Assembly: GCA_028877205.1 (NCBI GenBank)
Contig: JAPPHY010000003.1
Location: 64,083-128,082, forward strand
Source of the DNA: Chloroflexota bacterium
GTDB taxonomy: Bacteria; Chloroflexota; Dehalococcoidia; Lucifugimonadales; UBA2985
Direction of reading: 5' to 3'
DNA length: 64,000 nt
Shown: positions 26,099 to 35,415 of the stretch, in pieces
Layout of the letters: the number at the start of each line of letters is the position of its first letter
Position numbering within the stretch: the first letter of the stretch is position 1
The notes under the pieces: generated by a model
Told to the model about the DNA's origin: nothing
Databases searched by the model: none
The model's input: the letters and a program-made list of their open reading frames with translations, nothing else
Made by a program: the position numbers and the translations under genes

Positions 26099-28402
26099 AT
26101 GGAACTGATACTCAATCGCACTGGAAGCCTGAGACGACTTGCGCAGACGCTGGCGTTGGGCATTGCCCTGTTCGCCCTCATGTTCTTGGGCGCCTGTGCA
26201 GGCGACGAGCCAACCGAGGCACCTCAGCCGACCGCCACTTCTACCAGCGCCCCGGCAACTGTTGTGGCAACCCCCACGGACGCACCTCCGCCCACGGAGG
26301 CTGCCGCTCCCTCAGGCCCGCAGCTCCAGGTGGTTGCCACCTCCAACATTGTGGCCGACTGGGCCGGGGTGGTAGGTGGTGATAGGGCTGAGGTCTTCAG
26401 CCTTCATCCATCGGGTGGCGATCCGCACAATCTCGTGCCGGGAGCAGGCGACGTTGCCAAGGTGGCCGACGCAGACGTTGTGTTGTCCATCGGGCTTGGC
26501 CTTGAGGCAGTCTGGTTGGAGGACCTGGTGCATAACGCCAGTGCAGATCCATCTAGGGTAGTTGCGCTTGGCAACGGCGTCGATCCTCTGGAGTTCGTGG
26601 AGACGGGCGGCCACGGCCACGATGATCACGATGATCACATGGATGAGGGCGGCGGTGAGCTGCTGGGGCGCCTGCTCATAGGCGATGGAGAGCTTGGGAA
26701 TCTCTCCGTTATTGACCTGGAAACGGGAGACGTGGACCAGGACCACTTTGACCTGGGCTCACGCGCCGGCCGGATATACGCAACCAAGAGCGGACGCTAC
26801 GCAATAGCCGTTTCCTCAGACGCCAATACGGCGCATGTGTTCGATGGCGGCATATACATGGAGCCGCATGGAGACCACTTCGACCTGGTCGAGGGCGACG
26901 TACGCAAGCTCCCCATCGACCTGAGCGGAGACCGGCCTGTCCACATGTACGTCGGCGGCGAGTGGGCCGCGGTCTACTACGACGGTTCCGGCGACTTCGT
27001 GCTGATCAATGAGCACGAGCTTGAGGAAGAGGGAGACTCCTACGTGCCGGTCAGTATGAACGCCGGTGCCCACCACGGCGCCGTGGTGCCGCTGGAAGGC
27101 GACCTGTTCGCAGTGACAATCCAGCACCCGGACTTTGACCAGAACCCCCAGGACTACCGATTACCCATCGGCGCCGAGATCTGGGATCTGGACGGCAACG
27201 TCCTCCATCGCGCGGAAGGCTGCCCCGACCTCCACGGCGACGCCGGCAACGGGCACATGGCCGTGTTCGGCTGCACCGGCGGGGTGCTGATGGTAGAGGC
27301 GCACGGCGGCGACTACGAACACGATTTCATTTCAGCTCCGGCCGGATCTCCCGAGGACTTTCGGCTCACATCCGTGTGGGGCTACTACGGCCTGGACCAC
27401 TTCTTCGCTCTGGGCTCGGCGGTGGGGCTGTACGTCGTGGAGCCGGAAGAGGGAGAGATGGAGATGCTCATCCCAGCTACAGAGGCTCTCCGCCCGATCC
27501 AGGTCCACCTTGGCCCTGGCGGTGAGACTCTGTTGGTGGTCATGAGTGACGGCGAGCTGCGAGTGTACGACGCCCACGACGGAGAACTGCGGGCGTCCAA
27601 GCGAGACTTTCTCACAGCGCCGGTGGAGACGGGCTTCTGGGCGCGACCTCACCTGGCCACCGCGCCTGGCGCAATCTTCATCACGGACTCGGTGGGAGGC
27701 GAAGTCCTGCAGCTGGACGAGCACGACCTGGAGGTGGTCAGGCACTGGGACGTGGCGGGAGTGCCCACCAAGATTGCTTTCGTTGGAATTATGGGTGAGG
27801 CTGAAGGCCACGAGGAGCATGGCCATGAAGAGGAAGGCCAGGACGAGCATGGCCACGAAGGGCACGACCACGGGCCTCTCGATCCCCATTTCTGGTTCGA
27901 TCCGAATCGAGTCAAGATTGCTGTCTACGATATAGCAGCTCGGCTCTCGGCACTTGACCCTGAGGGCGCTAGCTACTACTACCGGAACGCAGCGGACTAC
28001 GCGGTGCAGCTTGACGAGCTTCACACATGGATTCAGGAGCAGGTCAGCGTGGTGGCGCCGGAGCGCAGGCTGCTGGTTACGTCCCACGACACCTTCGCGT
28101 ACTTTGCAGATGTCTACGGGTTTGAGGTAATCGGTGCCCTCATTCCCTCCCTGGCGCCCGACGTGGAGCCCTCTGCGGAGCACCTTGCGGAAGTGGTCGA
28201 GGTGATCCGTGAGCACAACGCGCCGGCTGTATTCAGCGAAACGACGGTCAGCGGGAGGCTGCCGGAGGCCGTGGCTAGGGAGACTGGAGCGGAGTTTGCC
28301 CAGCTCTATGCGGACTCTCTGGGCGAAAGGGGCAGCCCGGCCGGCACGTACCTCGGTATGGTGCGAACAAACGTGGAGGTCATGGTCGGGGTGTTGAGGT
28401 GA
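26099..28402 (+). CDS. ZnuA/TroA-type metal-binding lipoprotein with a ~385-aa beta-propeller-like domain nested in the His-rich loop
   Basis: Lipobox FLGAC. N-lobe LQVVATSNIVADWAGVVGG...GGDPHNL. His/Asp run GHGHDDHDDH (26609..26640). Insert. Second His/Glu run EGHEEHGHEEEGQDEHGHEGHDHG (27803..27874). C-lobe PHFWFDPNRV...TSHDTFAYFADVYG...VFSETT. Confidence 0.8.
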   Translation: MELILNRTGSLRRLAQTLALGIALFALMFLGACAGDEPTEAPQPTATSTSAPATVVATPTDAPPPTEAAAPSGPQLQVVATSNIVADWAGVVGGDRAEVFSLHPSGGDPHNLVPGAGDVAKVADADVVLSIGLGLEAVWLEDLVHNASADPSRVVALGNGVDPLEFVETGGHGHDDHDDHMDEGGGELLGRLLIGDGELGNLSVIDLETGDVDQDHFDLGSRAGRIYATKSGRYAIAVSSDANTAHVFDGGIYMEPHGDHFDLVEGDVRKLPIDLSGDRPVHMYVGGEWAAVYYDGSGDFVLINEHELEEEGDSYVPVSMNAGAHHGAVVPLEGDLFAVTIQHPDFDQNPQDYRLPIGAEIWDLDGNVLHRAEGCPDLHGDAGNGHMAVFGCTGGVLMVEAHGGDYEHDFISAPAGSPEDFRLTSVWGYYGLDHFFALGSAVGLYVVEPEEGEMEMLIPATEALRPIQVHLGPGGETLLVVMSDGELRVYDAHDGELRASKRDFLTAPVETGFWARPHLATAPGAIFITDSVGGEVLQLDEHDLEVVRHWDVAGVPTKIAFVGIMGEAEGHEEHGHEEEGQDEHGHEGHDHGPLDPHFWFDPNRVKIAVYDIAARLSALDPEGASYYYRNAADYAVQLDELHTWIQEQVSVVAPERRLLVTSHDTFAYFADVYGFEVIGALIPSLAPDVEPSAEHLAEVVEVIREHNAPAVFSETTVSGRLPEAVARETGAEFAQLYADSLGERGSPAGTYLGMVRTNVEVMVGVLR

Positions 28403-28565
28403 GCTTCTACTTCAAACTACAAGGAAGGAGCACGTCGCCCGTGGGCCTGACTGTTGAGTTCGAAGGCCCACGGCCCTGGGCCAAGTAAGTGCCGGGGGTC
28501 CTGGGGGTAGAGACGGGCAATCTGGAAAGTAACACACTCGGGAAGTCAGATTGTAAGGAGGAGAG

Positions 28566-28751
28566 ATGGAAGAGCTTAAGGCCTATTCGGTGAAGCTGCG
28601 GAGGATGGTGACCATCAAGGACCCGGAGATAGTGACCCTGAAGAATGGACGGAAGGCCGTCCGCGGTGTCGCGGCGGAAGATCCGTCCAGTAGGGTCATG
28701 AGAATCGTGAATGCCGAGCAAGCGGAGAAGATTCGAGAGTCGCTGGGCTGA
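28566..28751 (+). CDS. small conserved-looking protein resembling a Cys-less DUF5679-type zinc-ribbon protein
   Basis: ATG sits behind AAGGAGGAGAG. The 61-aa product is MEELKAYSVKLRRMVTIKDPEIVTLKNGRKAVRGVAAEDPSSRVMRIVN... Its spacing matches the A-Y-C-V-K-C...T-(L/M)-K-N-G-R...G-V-C-P-x-C family I recall, but all four Cys are replaced. Confidence 0.5.
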   Translation: MEELKAYSVKLRRMVTIKDPEIVTLKNGRKAVRGVAAEDPSSRVMRIVNAEQAEKIRESLG

Positions 28752-28785
28752 TCGGGGCCGCCTCCGACCAGACAATAGCGGTATC

Positions 28786-28821
28786 GCAGCCTTGGCCCTG
28801 GAACTCTAGGGCCAAGGCTGC
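28786..28821. terminator. 13-bp perfect hairpin between convergent genes
   Basis: GCAGCCTTGGCCC-TGGAACTCTA-GGGCCAAGGCTGC lies between the small gene (+) and the RHH paralogue (-). There is no T-tract. Confidence 0.5.
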
Positions 28822-28868
28822 AGTCAATGAGTTGTGCGCTTTACTCACGCGCGGTAAGTGAGGCTCAT

Positions 28869-29096
28869 TCAGCGCGGGCTCAAGTCCGGCTCATCTATCT
28901 CGTCCATCTCGTTGCACCCGTGGAACAATGCCCAAAGGTCCTCCGGTGACTCGAGACGCATGACGCTTCTACCGGCCTCGATGCGCTCGCGTGCTGCGTC
29001 CAGCAGCCACGCGTCAAGGGACATGCCCTCGCGCCGCGCCTGGTGGACAAAGCGCTCCTGGTCCTCGTCGGATATCACAAGTTCCACTCTGGCCAT
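28869..29096 (-). CDS. orphan ribbon-helix-helix antitoxin paralogue
   Basis: MARVELVISDEDQERFVHQARREGMSLDAWLLDAARERIE is clearly paralogous to the antitoxin at 24930..25205. There is no room for a toxin gene downstream: 47 nt separate it from the hairpin. Confidence 0.65.
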   Translation of the reverse strand: MARVELVISDEDQERFVHQARREGMSLDAWLLDAARERIEAGRSVMRLESPEDLWALFHGCNEMDEIDEPDLSPR

Positions 29097-29177
29097 ACTG
29101 TCACCTCGTTTGCGCAATCGAGAGTGTGTAACGCTCCTCTATGCTGACGGGAGTTGAGTCAATCGCAACGCCCCCAA

Positions 29178-30533
29178 TCACCCCGCCGCCGCTCGCAGCG
29201 CGCGAGCCAACGGCTCTTCCTGGCCGGGGAGCACGGTGCGCGGGTCGATGACCACCCGGTCGTCCTCGATGCGTGCAACGACGGGCGGTTCACCCGCGCG
29301 CAGTCTGGCCGCGAGTGCCTGCGCATCACCCGCGTCGACCGTGAGCAGCCACGTCGGGAGCGTCTCGCCGGGCAGGCTGCCGCCTCCCACTGTCGACAGG
29401 CCGCGCTCGACGCTGCCAATGCCGCCTGCGGCCTCCTGTAGCCTGCGGGCCGCCGCCTCCAGGCCGTCGAGCGGCGCGGCCATCATCCTCCACACCGGTA
29501 TCGCTTCCACGGCCTCGCCCTTCAGATAGTGCACGAGTGTTGCCGTTAGGGCCGCCAGGCTGAGCTTGTCGATTCGCATAGCGCGGGCCAGTGGGTGGGC
29601 AGCCAGGAGCGACACCGCCTCTCGCTTGCCCACAATGATGCCGGCCTGCGGACCCCCAAGGAGCTTGTCGCCGGAGAAGCAGGCGAGGTCGACGCTCGCG
29701 GTCACGCTCTGCTGCACCATCGGCTCGTGCGCCAGCCCAAAGCGAGCCGTGTCCAGCAGGCATCCGCTGCCCAGGTCGTGGATCACCGGCACTCCGTGTC
29801 GCGCGCCCATCTCCACCAGCTCGTCGACGGTCGCCTCGTGGGTGAATCCGGTGATGACGAAGTTGCTGGAGTGGACCTTCAGGAGCGCGCCCGTTTCGGC
29901 GCAGATCGCGTCCTCGTAGTCGGCGGCGTAGGTACGGTTGGTGGTGCCCACCTCCCGCAGGACGGCGCCGCTACGATTGAGCACGTCCGGAATACGAAAC
30001 CCGCCGCCGATCTCCACGGCCTCGCCTCGGGATACGACGACCTCTCTGCCGTGCGCGATTGCCGAAAGCGCGAGCAGCACGGCGGAGGCGTTGTTGTTGA
30101 CGACCAGGGCGGCCTCCGCACCCGTCAGGCGGCGCAGGACGCTCGACACGTGGGCCTGCCTCGAGCCGCGTGTGCCATCGTACAGGTCAAGCTCCAGGTC
30201 GGAGTAGGACGTTGCCACGCGTGCGACGGCCTCGGCTGCGGCGTCGCTGAGCGGCGCGCGGCCGAGGTTGGTGTGCAGCACGACGCCCGTGGCGTTGATC
30301 ACGGCCGATGGCGATGCGGCTAGCAGCCGTGAGGCTTGGGCGCACACGTCATAGACGAGCTCATCAAGCGGGGGTGGCGGGACGCCATCCGCCACGCCAC
30401 GGCGAGCGTCCTCCAGACGCTCGCGTGCCAGTGCGGCAACCGTATCGTGCGAGGCTTCAACGGCCAGGGCGCGCAGGCGTGCGTCGGACAGGAGCCTGTC
30501 GACGCTCGGTATGCGTCTGTAGCCGGTTGACAT
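29178..30533 (-). CDS. selA: L-seryl-tRNA(Sec) selenium transferase
   Basis: RRIPSVDRLL N-terminus, INATGVVLHTNLGRAPL, and FSGDKLLGGPQAGII (PLP lysine motif). 451 aa. Confidence 0.9.
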   Translation of the reverse strand: MSTGYRRIPSVDRLLSDARLRALAVEASHDTVAALARERLEDARRGVADGVPPPPLDELVYDVCAQASRLLAASPSAVINATGVVLHTNLGRAPLSDAAAEAVARVATSYSDLELDLYDGTRGSRQAHVSSVLRRLTGAEAALVVNNNASAVLLALSAIAHGREVVVSRGEAVEIGGGFRIPDVLNRSGAVLREVGTTNRTYAADYEDAICAETGALLKVHSSNFVITGFTHEATVDELVEMGARHGVPVIHDLGSGCLLDTARFGLAHEPMVQQSVTASVDLACFSGDKLLGGPQAGIIVGKREAVSLLAAHPLARAMRIDKLSLAALTATLVHYLKGEAVEAIPVWRMMAAPLDGLEAAARRLQEAAGGIGSVERGLSTVGGGSLPGETLPTWLLTVDAGDAQALAARLRAGEPPVVARIEDDRVVIDPRTVLPGQEEPLARALRAAAG

Positions 30534-30552
30534 GGGCTGGAGAGGAGGCCGC

Positions 30553-31938
30553 CTAGCTCCCGGCGGAGCCCCGCCGATCGTCCTCGGCCTCGCGAGCCAG
30601 GGCCAGGATCTCCTCGGCCGAGAAGAAGGTGCGCCGCTGGCCCACCAGCGTGTCGCTGTCGCGGTCGTAGGAGCCGTCGTACGATGCCTGAATGTGGTCG
30701 TAGACGTGCTTGACGGCGCGGCTCACGGTGGAGTAGGTGCCCTCCTGCCCGGTCTCCTCCTTGACCTTGCGATTGAGGACCGAGACGATGCCGTCCATGC
30801 CAGATAGAGCGCCGATTCGGTGCTGCTCGACGGCCTCGTCGCCCACCATCGCGGCATCGAACGGAAGGTAGATGGGCCCGCCGCCCGCGTCGTCGGAGCG
30901 GCGCACCCCGGTCTGGTGTATGCCGGCCTGCGTGGAGAACACCTCGCCGATGATTGGCTGCTTGGGCGGGATGGTGCACACCTCGGTCGTGATCAGGTCC
31001 CTGATGCGCGCGACCACGTCCAGCCTGAAGCCCGGGTCGCCGTACTCGCGAATGTAGCTGGCCATAACCTGCTCCAGAGCAGTGTTGCCCGTCCTCTCGC
31101 CCAGGCCCGCAAAGGCGACGTTCACGCGCCGGCAGCCGTAGCGCAGGGCGGCCATGCTGTTGGCGGTGGCCATGCCGAAGTCGTTGTGGCCGTGGAACTC
31201 GAGCTCCGCGCCGGTCTCCCGCACAAGCGTTGAGATGAGGCGCGGGATGCCGACGGGCAGCGGCGCGTACGGGTCGGGCGAGCCCCATCCGATGGTGTCG
31301 CAGATGCGGAACTTCGCCCAGTTGTCGGTCTCGTCGAGCACGCGCTGCATGAACGGAATGACGAAGCCGTGGATGTCCGCCTTCGTGGTGTCCTCCAGGT
31401 GAATGCGGGGACGGATGCCGTTCTCGCAGGCGGTGAGGATGGGCGCGAGGTACTTCTCCACGGCCTCGGCCTTGCTGCGGTACTTCAGCTTGTCGAAGAT
31501 GTGGTGGTCGGAGCTGGAGGCGAGCATGCCAGTCTCCTTGATGGAGCCGCGGGAGACGTCCACCAGATCCCTGATGTCCTTGGGGATTGCCCTCGTCCAG
31601 GTGGTGACCTGCGGGAACGCGTACTCGCGCTCCAGCAGGCGCTCCAGTGCCCATAGGTCGCGCTGCTGATAGATGAACACCTCGATCTGCTCGATGATGC
31701 CGGTGCCGTTGTCCAGTTCGTGGAGCAGGTCGAAGTAGCGCAGGCGCGCGTCGACGGGAAAGAGCGCGAAGTGCGGGTCCTGGGCGCCGTCGCGCAGCGT
31801 GGTGTCGGTGATGAGCTTAGGGTGCGTCTTGTCGGTGACGGACGGAATGGGCGCGGGCTTATCCTCCATGGGCAGGGGTGGGAACCTGCCCGCGTAGTTG
31901 TAGTAGCGTATTTCCGGGTCTATGTGATACTCCGCCAT
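30553..31938 (-). CDS. HMGL-like (homocitrate/isopropylmalate synthase family) enzyme, possibly Re-citrate synthase
   Basis: DTTLRDGAQ...HLEDTT...EFHGHNDFGMATANS are the DRE-TIM metal-site motifs. It has a long N-terminal extension and no LeuA regulatory domain. Confidence 0.7.
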   Translation of the reverse strand: MAEYHIDPEIRYYNYAGRFPPLPMEDKPAPIPSVTDKTHPKLITDTTLRDGAQDPHFALFPVDARLRYFDLLHELDNGTGIIEQIEVFIYQQRDLWALERLLEREYAFPQVTTWTRAIPKDIRDLVDVSRGSIKETGMLASSSDHHIFDKLKYRSKAEAVEKYLAPILTACENGIRPRIHLEDTTKADIHGFVIPFMQRVLDETDNWAKFRICDTIGWGSPDPYAPLPVGIPRLISTLVRETGAELEFHGHNDFGMATANSMAALRYGCRRVNVAFAGLGERTGNTALEQVMASYIREYGDPGFRLDVVARIRDLITTEVCTIPPKQPIIGEVFSTQAGIHQTGVRRSDDAGGGPIYLPFDAAMVGDEAVEQHRIGALSGMDGIVSVLNRKVKEETGQEGTYSTVSRAVKHVYDHIQASYDGSYDRDSDTLVGQRRTFFSAEEILALAREAEDDRRGSAGS

Positions 31939-31967
31939 GACTTCCTCCTCCCTCGTCGTGGCCGTGC

Positions 31968-33719
<1,752 letters not shown>

Positions 33720-33838
33720 GTTGCCTCCTTGCACCGGAAGACGGGAGGTATGGGGGCTGACTCTATATTAGCCCAAAGCGAGCAGGCTAGACAATCCCTG
33801 GTGCGCCGAAGGCAGCCCGCTCAAATGGTTCGACTGGG

Positions 33839-33934
33839 GCTCACCCCGGAATCGGGTACGGGGCAGGCCATGAGCGGGCTGAGGTGACTCACCGTCCGCT
33901 CACCCTGAGGTTGTCGAAGGGTGTGAGCGGGAGC
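33839..33934. repeat. intergenic hairpin repeat, copy B
   Basis: GCTCACCCCGGAATCGGGTACGGGGCAGGC...CCGCTCACCCTGAGGTTGTCGAAGGGTGTGAGCGGGAGC. The internal imperfect inverted repeat is CCGCTCAC/GTGAGCGG. Confidence 0.6.
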
Positions 33935-33947
33935 AGTTGGGCGGCCC

Positions 33948-34511
33948 CTACTCCCCCGCAACAAGCCCCAGCTGCCCCGCGACCGGCTTAAGCGCATCAA
34001 CCACAAACTCGATGAGCTCGTCCAGCTCAACGCCGAGGTCTGCCGCGCCCTCCACCAGGTCGTCGCGGTTCACGTTGCGGGCGAAGGCCTTGTCTTTCAT
34101 CTTGCGGCGCACGGCGCGCGCGTCCGTGTCGGCCAGGCTCTTGGTCGGCCGCACCAACGCCACCGCGGTCACGAAGCCGGACAGCTCGTCGACGGCGAAG
34201 AGCGCCTTCTCCATCAGGCTCTCGCGTGCGACGCCGGTGTGGTTGCCGTGGGAGAGGACTGCGCGGACGATCACGTCCGGGTAGCCGCGCTCCCGCAGGA
34301 TGGCGGCGCCGAACTCCGGGTGCTGGTCGTCGGATGGGCAGGCGTCCCAGTCGAAGTCGTGGAGCATACCGGCAATGCCCCACGTCTCCTCGTCCTCGCC
34401 CACGCTGCGGGCGTAGGCGCGCATCGACGCCTCAACCGCCACGCAGTGCTTGAGCAGCCTCTCCGACTGTGCGAACTCCTGCACCAGTGCCCATGCGGTG
34501 TCTCTGTCCAT
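33948..34511 (-). CDS. HD-domain phosphohydrolase
   Basis: ATG at 34511 sits behind AAGGAGG. LLKHCVAVE...GMLHDFDW carries the H...HD motif. Confidence 0.8.
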   Translation of the reverse strand: MDRDTAWALVQEFAQSERLLKHCVAVEASMRAYARSVGEDEETWGIAGMLHDFDWDACPSDDQHPEFGAAILRERGYPDVIVRAVLSHGNHTGVARESLMEKALFAVDELSGFVTAVALVRPTKSLADTDARAVRRKMKDKAFARNVNRDDLVEGAADLGVELDELIEFVVDALKPVAGQLGLVAGE

Positions 34512-34545
34512 GTCATCCTCCTTGCGGGGGAGTGCCGTCAGCGGC

Positions 34546-35394
34546 TCAGTCGCTGGGGCCCTCATCAGACGGCGGCTCCTCCTTTGGGTCGCACTTGCGC
34601 GCCGTGGTGATGAACCCTGTGTGCGCGATCATGCGGTGCGCCGGCCTGACGCTGCGCCTCGTCACCGACCACGGCCGAGTGAGCACCTCCACCGTTTCCA
34701 TCATCTCGAAGTTGGGATTCTCGGCCAGCGCCTCGTATAGCTGGTACACCTGTAGTATGGTCGGCAGGTAGCCCAGGAAGATGCCGCCGGGAGCCAGCGA
34801 CGTGGCCGCGTGCGGCACAACGTGCCACGGCTCCGGCACGTCCAGCACGATGCGGTCCAGCCCGGTCTCCTCGACGCCCTCGTAAACGTCCTTCAGCCTG
34901 ACCTCCAGGTTGGCCGCCTGAGGCACCAGCGTCCGGATGTTGGCGCCTGCGCCGTCCACCAGCTCCGGCCTGACCTCGTAGGTGGTCACGTGCCCGTGCT
35001 CGCCGACGGCCCTGAGCAGCGCGATGGTGAGCGCGCCGGAGCCAAGGCCGGCCTCCAGCACGTGTGCGCCAGGAAAGATGTCGCCGTGCATGAGTATGGC
35101 GCCCAGGTCCTTGGCGTATATCACCTGCGTCTGGTGCGGCATCTCCTCCACGAAGTCGCCGAGCGTGGGCGAGAAAGCCAGCAGCACGTGTCCCGTGGTG
35201 GTGTTCAGGCGGGCGCCCTGGCTGCGGCCGATCAGGTCGTTGTGGTCGATCGCACCCACGTGGGTGTGGAACGACTTGTAAGGCTCCAGCGTTATCAGGT
35301 AACGCCTGCCGCGCCTGTCCACCAGCAGGGCGGGATCACCCTCGGCGAACGGGCGACGACCGTTCCGTTCGTCAGAATCGTTGTGCGAGGTCAT
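34546..35394 (-). CDS. trmI: tRNA (adenine(58)-N1)-methyltransferase TrmI
   Basis: FHTHVGAIDHNDLIG...TQVIYAKD...VLEAGLGSGALT...LDVPEPW is GCD14/TrmI-type. Confidence 0.85.
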   Translation of the reverse strand: MTSHNDSDERNGRRPFAEGDPALLVDRRGRRYLITLEPYKSFHTHVGAIDHNDLIGRSQGARLNTTTGHVLLAFSPTLGDFVEEMPHQTQVIYAKDLGAILMHGDIFPGAHVLEAGLGSGALTIALLRAVGEHGHVTTYEVRPELVDGAGANIRTLVPQAANLEVRLKDVYEGVEETGLDRIVLDVPEPWHVVPHAATSLAPGGIFLGYLPTILQVYQLYEALAENPNFEMMETVEVLTRPWSVTRRSVRPAHRMIAHTGFITTARKCDPKEEPPSDEGPSD

Positions 35395-35415
35395 GCGTGG
35401 GAGCCGCGGAGTCGG

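Noticed and set aside
27803-27880. Repetitive cac/cat/gag/gaa codon run
   Set aside because: This is the coding His/Glu-rich metal-binding loop of the ZnuA-like protein, not a DNA-level repeat element.
28407-28775. 122-aa minus-strand ORF overlapping the small + strand gene
   Set aside because: It has no SD and an Arg/Leu/Pro-rich shadow composition. The + strand 61-aa ORF has a strong AAGGAGGAGAG SD and family-like sequence.
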